DNA of 64,000 nt, from sequence record NC_047713.1, one strand, 5' to 3'. The notes below the pieces were generated by a model. The model was given only the letters and a program-made list of their open reading frames with translations. It was not told where the DNA came from and did not search any database. The number at the start of each line of letters is the position of its first letter. Positions within the stretch are counted from its first letter, which is position 1. Positions 56,408-64,000 of the stretch are shown here, in pieces. The translations under genes were made by a program, and so were the position numbers.

Positions 56408-57024
56408 TGAGTAAGGTTGATATTGTTATTCCTTGTCATGAGTTATATGAAATTCTTGGAGAATGTATTGAATCAGTTTTAGAAACCAAATCTCACAATC
56501 CAAATACCTTCGGTCAAGTTATTCTAGTTGATGATGACTCCTCATCAGAGGGAACACTAGAAGAATACTTCAGTGACAAATATCCTGATGTTAAATACGT
56601 CAGGAATCCAAACAGGATGTATTTTAGTGGAACTGTTAATCATGGTTCTGACTATGTTACATCCAAATACTTTATGATGCTAAATTCTGATACTCTAATT
56701 GAAACTCCAAATTGGTTGGAGGTTATGGTAGAGGAATATAACTCTGATGATAAGATTAAGATTATTAGTGCAAACTTTAATGATCGCAAACCATACTTTT
56801 CTGGAGGACCATTTGTGTGTGGTGTTTGTCTTATGATGGAGATTGATTTGTTCAGACAAATAGGAAAGTTAAAATCTGATGGTAAATTCATTCACTGGCA
56901 TAGTGATAAGAAATTACAGAATGATGTACGTCGTATGGGATATTTGAATGCTTTATCCACTGCTAAGATAAAACATTTGGGAGGCAGATCCCGCGGATAT
57001 ATTCCTACTGAATTGGAAAGATGA
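56407..57024 (+). CDS. Glycosyltransferase family 2
   Basis: VDIVIPCH..CIESV..ILVDDDS..FMMLNSDT; TAATG overlap. Confidence 0.85.
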   Translation: MSKVDIVIPCHELYEILGECIESVLETKSHNPNTFGQVILVDDDSSSEGTLEEYFSDKYPDVKYVRNPNRMYFSGTVNHGSDYVTSKYFMMLNSDTLIETPNWLEVMVEEYNSDDKIKIISANFNDRKPYFSGGPFVCGVCLMMEIDLFRQIGKLKSDGKFIHWHSDKKLQNDVRRMGYLNALSTAKIKHLGGRSRGYIPTELER

Positions 57025-58013
57025 AAAGAGTTCTTGTGACAGGTGGTGCTGGTTTCATCGCTCACCATCTAATCTTAATGATATTAGAAACTACAGACTG
57101 GGAGATTATTAGTTTAGATAGATTAGACTTCAGTGGTAATTTGAATAGGTTATATGATATTCTATTAGAATCTCCTCATAAGTCTAGAGTTAAGATAGTA
57201 TATCATGACCTAAAGGCACCTATCAATCCATTGGTGGCATCAGATATTGGAAAGGTAGATTATATTCTACACCTTGCTGCTGGATCACATGTTGATCGTA
57301 GTATTGAGTATCCTTTAGAGTTTGTTATGGATAATGTTGTGGGAACCTGCAACATATTAGACTTTGCTAGAACACAGGATCTGATTCGGTTTATCTACTT
57401 TGGAACTGATGAAGTGTTCGGTCCCGCTCCTACAGGTGTAAGTTATAAGGAGAATGATAGATACAACTCAACCAATCCATATAGTGCCAGTAAGGCAGGT
57501 GGTGAGGAACTAGCAGTATCATTTCAAAATACCTATGGTGTTCCAGTGTATATCACACACACTATGAATGTATTTGGACAGAGACAACACCCAGAGAAGT
57601 TCATACCTATGTGTATTAAACGCATCAGGGACGGTCAAGTTGTAACTATTCATAGTGATGAGACTAAAACCATACCAGGATCTAGACACTACATTCATGC
57701 GGAGGATGTATCTGATGCTATTATGTTCCTCCTATCCTATGAGAGTGATGAGAAGTGTCCCAAGTTTAATATTGTAGGAACAGAAGAGTTGAATAACTTA
57801 CAACTAGCACAGATCATTGCTGAAATTCAAGGAAAGGAATTAAACTATGAGATGGTTGATTTCCACACATCAAGACCGGGACATGATCTTCGATACTCAT
57901 TGTGTGGGGAGAAAATGAAGTCATTGGGTTGGGAACCAAAGAATATAAGAGATAGGATTGAAGAAGTTGTTGATTGGACACTTGATAATGAACGTTGGAT
58001 TAGTGTGTTATAA
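57021..58013 (+). CDS. rfbB: dTDP-glucose 4,6-dehydratase-like (RmlB/RfbB)
   Basis: VLVTGGAGFI, LHLAAGSHVDRSI, GTDEVFG, PYSASK, RPGHDLRYSL. Confidence 0.85.
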   Translation: MKRVLVTGGAGFIAHHLILMILETTDWEIISLDRLDFSGNLNRLYDILLESPHKSRVKIVYHDLKAPINPLVASDIGKVDYILHLAAGSHVDRSIEYPLEFVMDNVVGTCNILDFARTQDLIRFIYFGTDEVFGPAPTGVSYKENDRYNSTNPYSASKAGGEELAVSFQNTYGVPVYITHTMNVFGQRQHPEKFIPMCIKRIRDGQVVTIHSDETKTIPGSRHYIHAEDVSDAIMFLLSYESDEKCPKFNIVGTEELNNLQLAQIIAEIQGKELNYEMVDFHTSRPGHDLRYSLCGEKMKSLGWEPKNIRDRIEEVVDWTLDNERWISVL

Positions 58014-58028
58014 TAATGAGGTTAGGGG

Positions 58029-58036
58029 TATAAATA
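58029..58036 (+). promoter_or_regulatory. T4-type late promoter
   Basis: TATAAATA, with TGTTATAAT just upstream. Confidence 0.65.
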
Positions 58037-58059
58037 ACTAAAAATAGGAGGCTATTAAG

Positions 58060-58290
58060 ATGCTTACCGTATCAATTGTGTTTGGGGTTATCCTACTCCA
58101 AATGTTCCTCCTCCTAGGTGGTGTTATCGGGTACCTAGCTTATGGGTACCTATCAATACAAGCCTCCCAGCTACCCAATCATCCTGAATTCTACGATGAA
58201 GAAGGAAACGTACTACCAGATGAAATTCTTGCTATTCGTTTTGAGCATAGCTATGGTCAGGATGGAGAGTGGATTGGTGAAGAGGATTAA
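58060..58290 (+). CDS. Small membrane protein, DUF2973-like
   Basis: TM helix then HPEFYDEEGNVLPDEILAIRF. Confidence 0.6.
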   Translation: MLTVSIVFGVILLQMFLLLGGVIGYLAYGYLSIQASQLPNHPEFYDEEGNVLPDEILAIRFEHSYGQDGEWIGEED

Positions 58291-58313
58291 ACTATTACTT
58301 TTTGGAAAACATT

Positions 58314-58919
58314 ATGACAGAAGCGACAGAAACCAAGAAACCGCGTAGCGCACGAAAGGCACGCAAACCAGCGGCACCCAAAGTCCCTACCTCCCTACCA
58401 AACAATCCTTTGATGTTTGAGATTCTTGACATGGCATCCCGTACTAGGGGTACTGAAAAGAAGGTAGATGTTCTCAAGAGATACGGGTGTGGTGCTCTAA
58501 AGGCACTATTCATCTGGAACTTTGATGAAACTGTAGAGTCTGCTCTACCACCAGGTGAGGTTCCCTACTCTGGATATGAAGAACAGCATGTATACAGTGG
58601 AACACTAACTGATAAGATTGAAGAGTCTTCACGTCAGATGTATGAGAATGGAAGTTTCTCATTGGGTTCTACTGATGCCAACGCTAAGACTACACTAAGG
58701 GCACAATGGAAGAACCTCTATCACTTTGTTGAGGGTGGTAATGGTGGTCTATCTAAAACACGTCGTGAGATGATGTTTATCAACCTCCTAGAATCTGTTC
58801 ATCCCCTGGAAGCAGAGATCCTCATCCTAGTCAAGGATAAGGAACTTGACACCAAGTATAAGGTTCCCTTTGAGGTTGTAGAAGAAGCATTCCCCGAGAT
58901 CCAATGGGGAGGACGTTGA
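58314..58919 (+). CDS. Conserved T4-like cyanophage hypothetical protein
   Basis: LKALFIWNFD..LPPGEVPY..REMMFINLLESVHPLEAEILILVKDK. Confidence 0.7.
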   Translation: MTEATETKKPRSARKARKPAAPKVPTSLPNNPLMFEILDMASRTRGTEKKVDVLKRYGCGALKALFIWNFDETVESALPPGEVPYSGYEEQHVYSGTLTDKIEESSRQMYENGSFSLGSTDANAKTTLRAQWKNLYHFVEGGNGGLSKTRREMMFINLLESVHPLEAEILILVKDKELDTKYKVPFEVVEEAFPEIQWGGR

Positions 58920-58936
58920 CATAAATACAAAGGATA

Positions 58937-58945
58937 TGTTATAAT
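58937..58945 (+). promoter_or_regulatory. Extended -10 promoter
   Basis: TGTTATAAT; predicted start about 58951, just before the riboswitch. Confidence 0.7.
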
Positions 58946-58952
58946 ATCCACA

Positions 58953-59040
58953 CGTTCAACCCACTTCGGTGGGTCGCAAGTAAGTCGCGGAACGGATTCG
59001 TTCATCCAGGAAACTGGACGCAAACGACTGAAGGAACGGG
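58953..59040 (+). ncRNA. Tandem glutamine riboswitch-like elements (glnA / Downstream-peptide class)
   Basis: Two CGTTCA-hairpin-CGCAA...GGAACG units (UUCG and GAAA tetraloops) upstream of a YRG-motif peptide. Confidence 0.75.
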
Positions 59041-59072
59041 TTTTAACTAACCTCAACTTCAGGAGTACTACT

Positions 59073-59240
59073 ATGAACACTCTCGCACTCATCAAAAAGC
59101 AGATCAACAAAGCTGCCGCACTTCACAACGCTCAGATTTCTCACACCGCCTATCGTGGTGTTGAGTATGATACTCATTGTGTAGAGTCTTCCGAGACACA
59201 CGGCACTTTCTGCTACCGCGGACGCACTTACAATAAGTGA
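59073..59240 (+). CDS. DUF4278-type small peptide (55 aa)
   Basis: MNTLALIKKQINKAAALHNAQISHTAYRGVEY...FCYRGRTYNK; two YRG motifs; AGGAG SD; absent from the ORF track. Confidence 0.8.
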   Translation: MNTLALIKKQINKAAALHNAQISHTAYRGVEYDTHCVESSETHGTFCYRGRTYNK

Positions 59241-59261
59241 GTTCTAACTGAATAGTGTAGG

Positions 59262-59292
59262 AAGGGGAAGGACTTGTTTCTTCCCCTTTTTT
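59262..59292 (+). terminator. Rho-independent terminator
   Basis: AAGGGGAAG...CTTCCCCTT followed by a T run. Confidence 0.8.
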
Positions 59293-59323
59293 GTGCTATA
59301 ATATAAACAAGTATTCTATCATC

Positions 59324-59503
59324 ATGGACACAGACAAAGTAAAGTTTCTCATTCAATCCATAGAGGTTCTCATTGATGAACTAAAATCAGAAGTATATGC
59401 TGAGGGTGAAACTTTTAAAGTAAGTGAAACCCAGTACTCAGAGGAATCAGAAATTCCAACGACTATAACAAACTTTTATCCTGAAGTGACGGACGATCTA
59501 TGA
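59324..59503 (+). CDS. Conserved cyanophage hypothetical protein
   Basis: MDTDKVKFLIQSIEVLIDELKSEVY. Confidence 0.65.
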   Translation: MDTDKVKFLIQSIEVLIDELKSEVYAEGETFKVSETQYSEESEIPTTITNFYPEVTDDL

Positions 59504-60252
59504 AACCAGTCAAGGCAGATACACTCCTCAAACTAGATCCTCACCAGAAGGTTGAGATGATCCGTTGTACTCCCAACCCACAGCAACTTGTGTTTATGGG
59601 TGGTAAGAATGACTATAGTGAGTTACCTATTGAAGACACTGACATTCCTCAAGAGAAGGAGTGTGGTGAGTGGGTTATTGAGCAACTCTTAGCGAACGAG
59701 AGAGGACACTGGGGACCCCTAGAACACCCCTCTATCACCTTCTCCTGTAGTGGGTTCGTTCATAATGTTATCGTTCAGGCAAGAACCCATAGAGTAGGTA
59801 TTAGTTTTGATGTACAATCACAACGATATACCTGCAAGAGAATCATAAAGGTAGCAGAGGGGAAACTATCACCCCAGTCAGTATTCTATGTGAGACCTCC
59901 TGGTTTCTATACTAATAGGAAGGGGAAGAAGTACGAATGGATAGACGCAGACTATCAAACTCAGTTAGGTCTCTGTCAGGCTGCAGCTGAACGATTTGCT
60001 CGTCAGTTTGAGAATGGTGTATCTGAAGAACACGCTCGTGATTATCTACCACAGAATATTCGTCAGAACTTTGTAGTCACCTTTAGTCTTCGTTCTCTCC
60101 TACACTTCCTAGATCTTCGAGCTAAACTAGATGCTCAGTTGGAAATCCAAGCTCTATGTGAGGCTATGATTGAACCTACTAAGACCTGGATTCCTGAAAT
60201 CTTTGAATACTACTCAGAGAAAAGACTACACAGGGCAAGACTTGCCCCCTAA
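59500..60252 (+). CDS. thyX: FAD-dependent thymidylate synthase
   Basis: GHWGPLEH, QARTHRVGISFDVQSQRY, EHARDYLP, LRSLLHFLDLR, AQLEI. Confidence 0.93.
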   Translation: MKPVKADTLLKLDPHQKVEMIRCTPNPQQLVFMGGKNDYSELPIEDTDIPQEKECGEWVIEQLLANERGHWGPLEHPSITFSCSGFVHNVIVQARTHRVGISFDVQSQRYTCKRIIKVAEGKLSPQSVFYVRPPGFYTNRKGKKYEWIDADYQTQLGLCQAAAERFARQFENGVSEEHARDYLPQNIRQNFVVTFSLRSLLHFLDLRAKLDAQLEIQALCEAMIEPTKTWIPEIFEYYSEKRLHRARLAP

Positions 60253-60280
60253 ATATTTTTATGTCTAATGGAGGACTATT

Positions 60281-60523
60281 TTGGCGAAATTTGATGTGAT
60301 CAATAAAGACACTGGGGAGACTAAAATCATTGATGTTAGTGTCCATGAAATCACCCAGTGGTATGAAGATAATAAACCTTGGGTTCGTGACTGGTCACAG
60401 GGATGTGCTGGTGGAGGTGAGATTGGTGACTGGAGAGACACTCTAAGAAAGAAAGCACCAGGTTGGAATGATGTATTGGGTGTAGCCGCCTCACAGAGAG
60501 GCTCCCGAGTCAAGAAGCTCTGA
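60281..60523 (+). CDS. Conserved hypothetical protein
   Basis: GGAGG SD with TTG start; INKDTGE..WVRDWSQG..GDWRDTL. Confidence 0.65.
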   Translation: MAKFDVINKDTGETKIIDVSVHEITQWYEDNKPWVRDWSQGCAGGGEIGDWRDTLRKKAPGWNDVLGVAASQRGSRVKKL

Positions 60524-60548
60524 TTTTTAGTATTATTGTATAGTTATT

Positions 60549-61316
60549 ATGGCCGCTAGAAAGAAAAGAACATCTGCGAACTCCAACATTGGGGTAGGAC
60601 TTACTACCAAGCAGATGAAGAGGAAGAAACCAATCAATAGTGACTTCCTCACCAGAATTGAACCCATGACGGATAACCAGAAGTTGTTATTCGATGAGTA
60701 TGATAAGGGACAACACATTGTTGCCTATGGTTCTGCTGGTACTGGTAAGACCTTTGTAACCCTCTACAAGGCGTTGAAAGAGGTTTTGGATGAGAGATCC
60801 CCGTATGAGAAAGTATATCTCGTCAGGTCTCTTGTAGCAACCAGAGAGATTGGTTTCCTTCCTGGTGACCATGATGATAAGGTAGCTATCTATCAGATTC
60901 CATATAAGAATATGGTGAAGTATATGTTTGCAATGCAGACAGACTCTGACTTTGAAATGTTATATGGAAACCTAAAGTCACAAGAGACTCTAAGTTTCTG
61001 GAGTACCTCATTCCTTCGTGGTACTACACTAGACAAGGCAGTTATCATCGTAGATGAGTTCCAGAACCTCAACGCACACGAACTTGATTCCATTATGACT
61101 CGTGTTGGTGAGGATACTAAGATTCATTTCTGTGGTGATGCAACTCAGTCTGACCTTACCAAGGCGTCAGAAAGGACAGGTATCATGGACTTCATGGCTA
61201 TTCTAGAAAGAATGCCCTCTATCAGTAAGATTGAGTTTGGTCTAGATGATATTGTTAGATCTGGTTTGGTTAAAGAATACCTAACTGCTAAGGCAGAGTC
61301 TGGTATTGAGATCTGA
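60549..61316 (+). CDS. phoH: PhoH-like ATPase
   Basis: GSAGTGKT, GFLPG, FLRGTTLD, IIVDEFQN, GDATQSDL, DIVRSGLV. Confidence 0.95.
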   Translation: MAARKKRTSANSNIGVGLTTKQMKRKKPINSDFLTRIEPMTDNQKLLFDEYDKGQHIVAYGSAGTGKTFVTLYKALKEVLDERSPYEKVYLVRSLVATREIGFLPGDHDDKVAIYQIPYKNMVKYMFAMQTDSDFEMLYGNLKSQETLSFWSTSFLRGTTLDKAVIIVDEFQNLNAHELDSIMTRVGEDTKIHFCGDATQSDLTKASERTGIMDFMAILERMPSISKIEFGLDDIVRSGLVKEYLTAKAESGIEI

Positions 61317-61346
61317 TGTGGTATAATAGTATTGTCTTTACTATAG

Positions 61347-62027
61347 ATGATGCCATTTATTCACAGCCCTATTGATCTACCAAACCTTGAGAGGTACCCT
61401 ATCAACGGGGTTCGGTATTATAAAGTACCAGATGGAGATACACTACACACTCTAGTGTCAGTAACCTCTGTAACTTCACACTGGAAGGCAGACTTCTTCC
61501 GTAAGTGGAGAGCAAAGGTTGGTGAAGAGGAAGCTAATCGTATAACAAATAGAGCAACAACTAGGGGTACAGACATGCACCTACTAACTGAACACTATTT
61601 GAGGAACGAGACTCTACCAAAGGCAAAGGTTCCTATTGCCGATCTCCTATTCAAGATAGCTAAACCAGAGTTGGATAAGATCAACAATATCATTGTCCAA
61701 GAACAGGCAATGTATAGTTTGAAACTTGGTATCGCTGGTACTCCTGATTGTATTGCTGACTACAATGGGGAGTTATCCATCATTGACTTTAAGACATCAG
61801 CCAGACCCAAACCCAGAGAGTGGATTGAAGGTTACTTTGTTCAGGCATCAGCATACGCTTGTATGTTGTATGAACTCACAGGACTAAAGGCTAAGAACCT
61901 AGTTATTATTATGGCGTGTGAAGATGGTGAGTGTGTGGTATATGAAGAGCGTGATATAATGAAGTACGCAAGACTACTTCACCAATACATTACCAAATTT
62001 GTAAACGACAAACTAGAGGAACTATGA
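61347..62027 (+). CDS. PD-(D/E)XK exonuclease (Cas4-like / T4-like exonuclease A)
   Basis: SVTSVT, RGTDMH, IAGTPDCIA..IIDFKTS, QASAYA. Confidence 0.85.
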   Translation: MMPFIHSPIDLPNLERYPINGVRYYKVPDGDTLHTLVSVTSVTSHWKADFFRKWRAKVGEEEANRITNRATTRGTDMHLLTEHYLRNETLPKAKVPIADLLFKIAKPELDKINNIIVQEQAMYSLKLGIAGTPDCIADYNGELSIIDFKTSARPKPREWIEGYFVQASAYACMLYELTGLKAKNLVIIMACEDGECVVYEERDIMKYARLLHQYITKFVNDKLEEL

Positions 62028-62287
62028 GCAAAGAAGAGTTTAATAAAGTATTGGAGGAGAAGTTTATCACCCCCATTCATTTCTCCTATGAGGTGGAGAA
62101 GATTGTATTGAAGGAAAAGGTTAACTATATTGATGGTATCCTTCTCTATTGTGAGAGGGAAAGTATTGAGGTAGAAGCTATTCCCAAACTGATGACTAAA
62201 CCCCTCAAGGAGAAGCTGAAAATTGATGCCAATCGCTTGAACTTTATGAAGTCCAGAAACTTCTCTATGGCAAAGTTACCACTCTGA
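62024..62287 (+). CDS. 33: Late transcription coactivator gp33
   Basis: VEKIV..YIDGILLYCE..IEVE..KPLKEKLKIDA..LNFMK; conserved position before gene 59. Confidence 0.85.
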   Translation: MSKEEFNKVLEEKFITPIHFSYEVEKIVLKEKVNYIDGILLYCERESIEVEAIPKLMTKPLKEKLKIDANRLNFMKSRNFSMAKLPL

Positions 62288-62300
62288 TCTTTATTATTAT

Positions 62301-62915
62301 ATGATGTACATTCGAGGAACAGGTACAGTGAAACCATTTGAAGTTTATACAACATACCTGGCTCTGAAACGCCATTTTAGTAGTTCCTACGATTATTTTA
62401 AGTATAGGGGAAAAACAAGGTGTTCTGAATCTTCCTTCTACTCCCGCAAAGACCGATACTTCTTCGAGCGCATGAGTAGGAAGCTTAGCGACGAAGAAGT
62501 AAAACTCTACTTCCTCTCTTGTTTCTTAGCAACTGATAACCCCTCTTCTATTTGGGTTGGTGAGATCATGAGAACCGGGGAGGATAACTTTAGAGAACTA
62601 GTCAAGAGGCATCAAAGTATGTCTTACATATTCACACAGGAGTGTGAGTCAATTTTTTCGGAACATAAGCTCCCAGAGGCATTCGACGCCACAATGGGTC
62701 ACCCCCCAATTTTGAAGGGATATCTACGGGGAGAGGTGAGTATTGAGACTTTAGTGATACTCGAAATGATCTTTGGGTTCTCCAAGAACTTAGATCGTAA
62801 ACTAAAAGATCCTGTATGGGACATAGTGTGTATGAAAATGAAGAAATATAGACCCTTCCTAAATATTGAACTAGATAAGTTTAAGAAGATTCTAAGGAAT
62901 ATAGTGTATGTCTGA
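62301..62915 (+). CDS. 59: Helicase loader gp59
   Basis: YLALKRHFSS.YDYFKYRGK..RKDRYFFERM..ETLVIL..KKYRPFL. Confidence 0.85.
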   Translation: MMYIRGTGTVKPFEVYTTYLALKRHFSSSYDYFKYRGKTRCSESSFYSRKDRYFFERMSRKLSDEEVKLYFLSCFLATDNPSSIWVGEIMRTGEDNFRELVKRHQSMSYIFTQECESIFSEHKLPEAFDATMGHPPILKGYLRGEVSIETLVILEMIFGFSKNLDRKLKDPVWDIVCMKMKKYRPFLNIELDKFKKILRNIVYV

Positions 62916-63276
62916 GTTTTTCGATTCCGAACAAGTACAGAAAGCTCTAAGCGAAATAGCTTTCCTACAGAATAAGGTGATGATGTTCACTGCTGTTGCT
63001 GCCTTCGCTGATGAAGAAGAACAGAGAGAGAATATCATGACACTCAGATTACTTCTGAGCAAACAGGAAAACATGTATAACAGATGTGCTCTGAGCGATA
63101 GTGAAGAAGCTAAAGAGTTAATGATAGAAGTGATGAAACACTTCTCTGAGCATGATATTCCTACAAATCAACCAATGGGTGAAGTATTCAAAGCAATCCG
63201 TGAAAGGGTTGATGAGATAGAAAACGATCTCAACCGGTTCATAGAAGAAGGGGAAACAGATCCCTGGTTCTTCTGA
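62908..63276 (+). CDS. DUF1825-like protein
   Basis: FFDSEQVQ..L..QENMYNRCALSDSEEAKE. Confidence 0.65.
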   Translation: MSEFFDSEQVQKALSEIAFLQNKVMMFTAVAAFADEEEQRENIMTLRLLLSKQENMYNRCALSDSEEAKELMIEVMKHFSEHDIPTNQPMGEVFKAIRERVDEIENDLNRFIEEGETDPWFF

Positions 63277-63294
63277 GGTGTGTTATAATATAGT

Positions 63295-63837
63295 ATGAAA
63301 CACTATGTTTATCTCTCTTATGAAGTAGAGGGTAGAATGTATATTGGTAGTCGGAGTAGTGAAGATCCAGAGAAGGATACTAACTACTTCGGTTCGTATG
63401 CAGATAAAACATTCAAACCTACTGAGAAGAAAATTCTTAGGTTGTTCCCTACCAGAGAAAAAGCGTTATACTATGAGTGTCAGTTACACGAACACTTTGG
63501 AGTAGATACTAACCCTAAGTTTGCCAATAAATCTAAGCAAACAACAGAGAAGTTCTATTACTCCGCTCCTGGTGATACTAATCCCGCTAAGTGTCCTGAG
63601 GTTCGTAAGAAACTCTCTGAGTCCAAGAAAGGTGATAGAAACCCCTCTAAGAGACCAGATGTTCGTAAGAAACTTGTAGAGGGCGTCAAGAAAAGACCTC
63701 CTATTAGTGATGAAACTCGTGCTAAAATGCGTGAATCACACTTGGGGCAATCCAGTCCTCGTGGTATGCTAGGTAAGAAACATTCAGAAGAAACAAAGAA
63801 GAAAATGCGTGAGTCCAGAAGAATGAGAACCAAATAA
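63295..63837 (+). CDS. Free-standing GIY-YIG homing endonuclease with NUMOD3-like repeats (Seg-like)
   Basis: HYVYLSY..MYIGSR..YFGS..EKALYYE..FAN; C-terminal KHSEETKKKMRES, SDETRAKMRES. Confidence 0.85.
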   Translation: MKHYVYLSYEVEGRMYIGSRSSEDPEKDTNYFGSYADKTFKPTEKKILRLFPTREKALYYECQLHEHFGVDTNPKFANKSKQTTEKFYYSAPGDTNPAKCPEVRKKLSESKKGDRNPSKRPDVRKKLVEGVKKRPPISDETRAKMRESHLGQSSPRGMLGKKHSEETKKKMRESRRMRTK

Positions 63838-63855
63838 ATAAGTGGTCTATGGGGC

Positions 63856-63884
63856 TTGGCAACCCCGGTGTTATATGCTATAAT
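63856..63884 (+). promoter_or_regulatory. Sigma70-type promoter for gene 32
   Basis: TTGGCA-N17-TATAAT with extended TG. Confidence 0.7.
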
Positions 63885-63925
63885 ACTAAAGTTCAGCCGT
63901 TTATCCAACGAATCTAAAACATCCT

Positions 63926-64000
63926 ATGTCATTCGCCAATTTAAAGAAGCAATCTTCCTTAGGTTCTCTCACTGAGAAGCTAGTAAAGGAAGTAGAGAAG
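63926..64000 (+). CDS. 32: Single-stranded DNA-binding protein gp32, N-terminal fragment
   Basis: MSFANLKKQSSLGSLTEKLVKEVEK; conserved synteny after 33-59. Confidence 0.8.
   Translation, partial: MSFANLKKQSSLGSLTEKLVKEVEK

Noticed and set aside
61347-62027. Cas4-like nuclease as evidence for a CRISPR system
   Set aside because: It is the ordinary T4-like core exonuclease between phoH and gene 33; no repeat-spacer array or other cas genes were seen.
1-64000. tRNA or rRNA genes
   Set aside because: Intergenic spaces are short, and none showed a cloverleaf with a T-loop GTTCRA and acceptor stem on visual inspection; tRNAscan-SE would confirm.

Overview
64 kb of a large T4-like marine cyanomyovirus (probably a Synechococcus phage), with all real genes on the + strand. 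In order: (i) a glycan-modification cluster (GT11, methyltransferase, GT6, two sulfotransferases, GT8-like, capsular-synthesis GT, NAD-dependent epimerase, GT25); (ii) a photosynthesis/metabolic island (2 hli, petF, psbA, psbD, talC) interrupted by an isolated tail-fibre gene and a type IV pilin cassette; (iii) a late-expressed structural block: a 3967-aa giant protein, three 1900-2500 aa fibre-like proteins, tail-collar proteins and a DUF285/BspA protein; (iv) a second small glycan cluster; (v) a tandem glutamine-riboswitch-like leader before a DUF4278 peptide; (vi) the T4-like core thyX-phoH-exonuclease-33-59-(GIY-YIG endonuclease)-32. The most striking observation is the 3967-aa protein. 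Its 31 repeat domains are each split into an A half and a B half that occur in balanced, nested (matryoshka) order up to 8 deep, all inserted inside a split helical domain and a split beta-helix. All motif counts and alignments were made by eye; no database searches were run.
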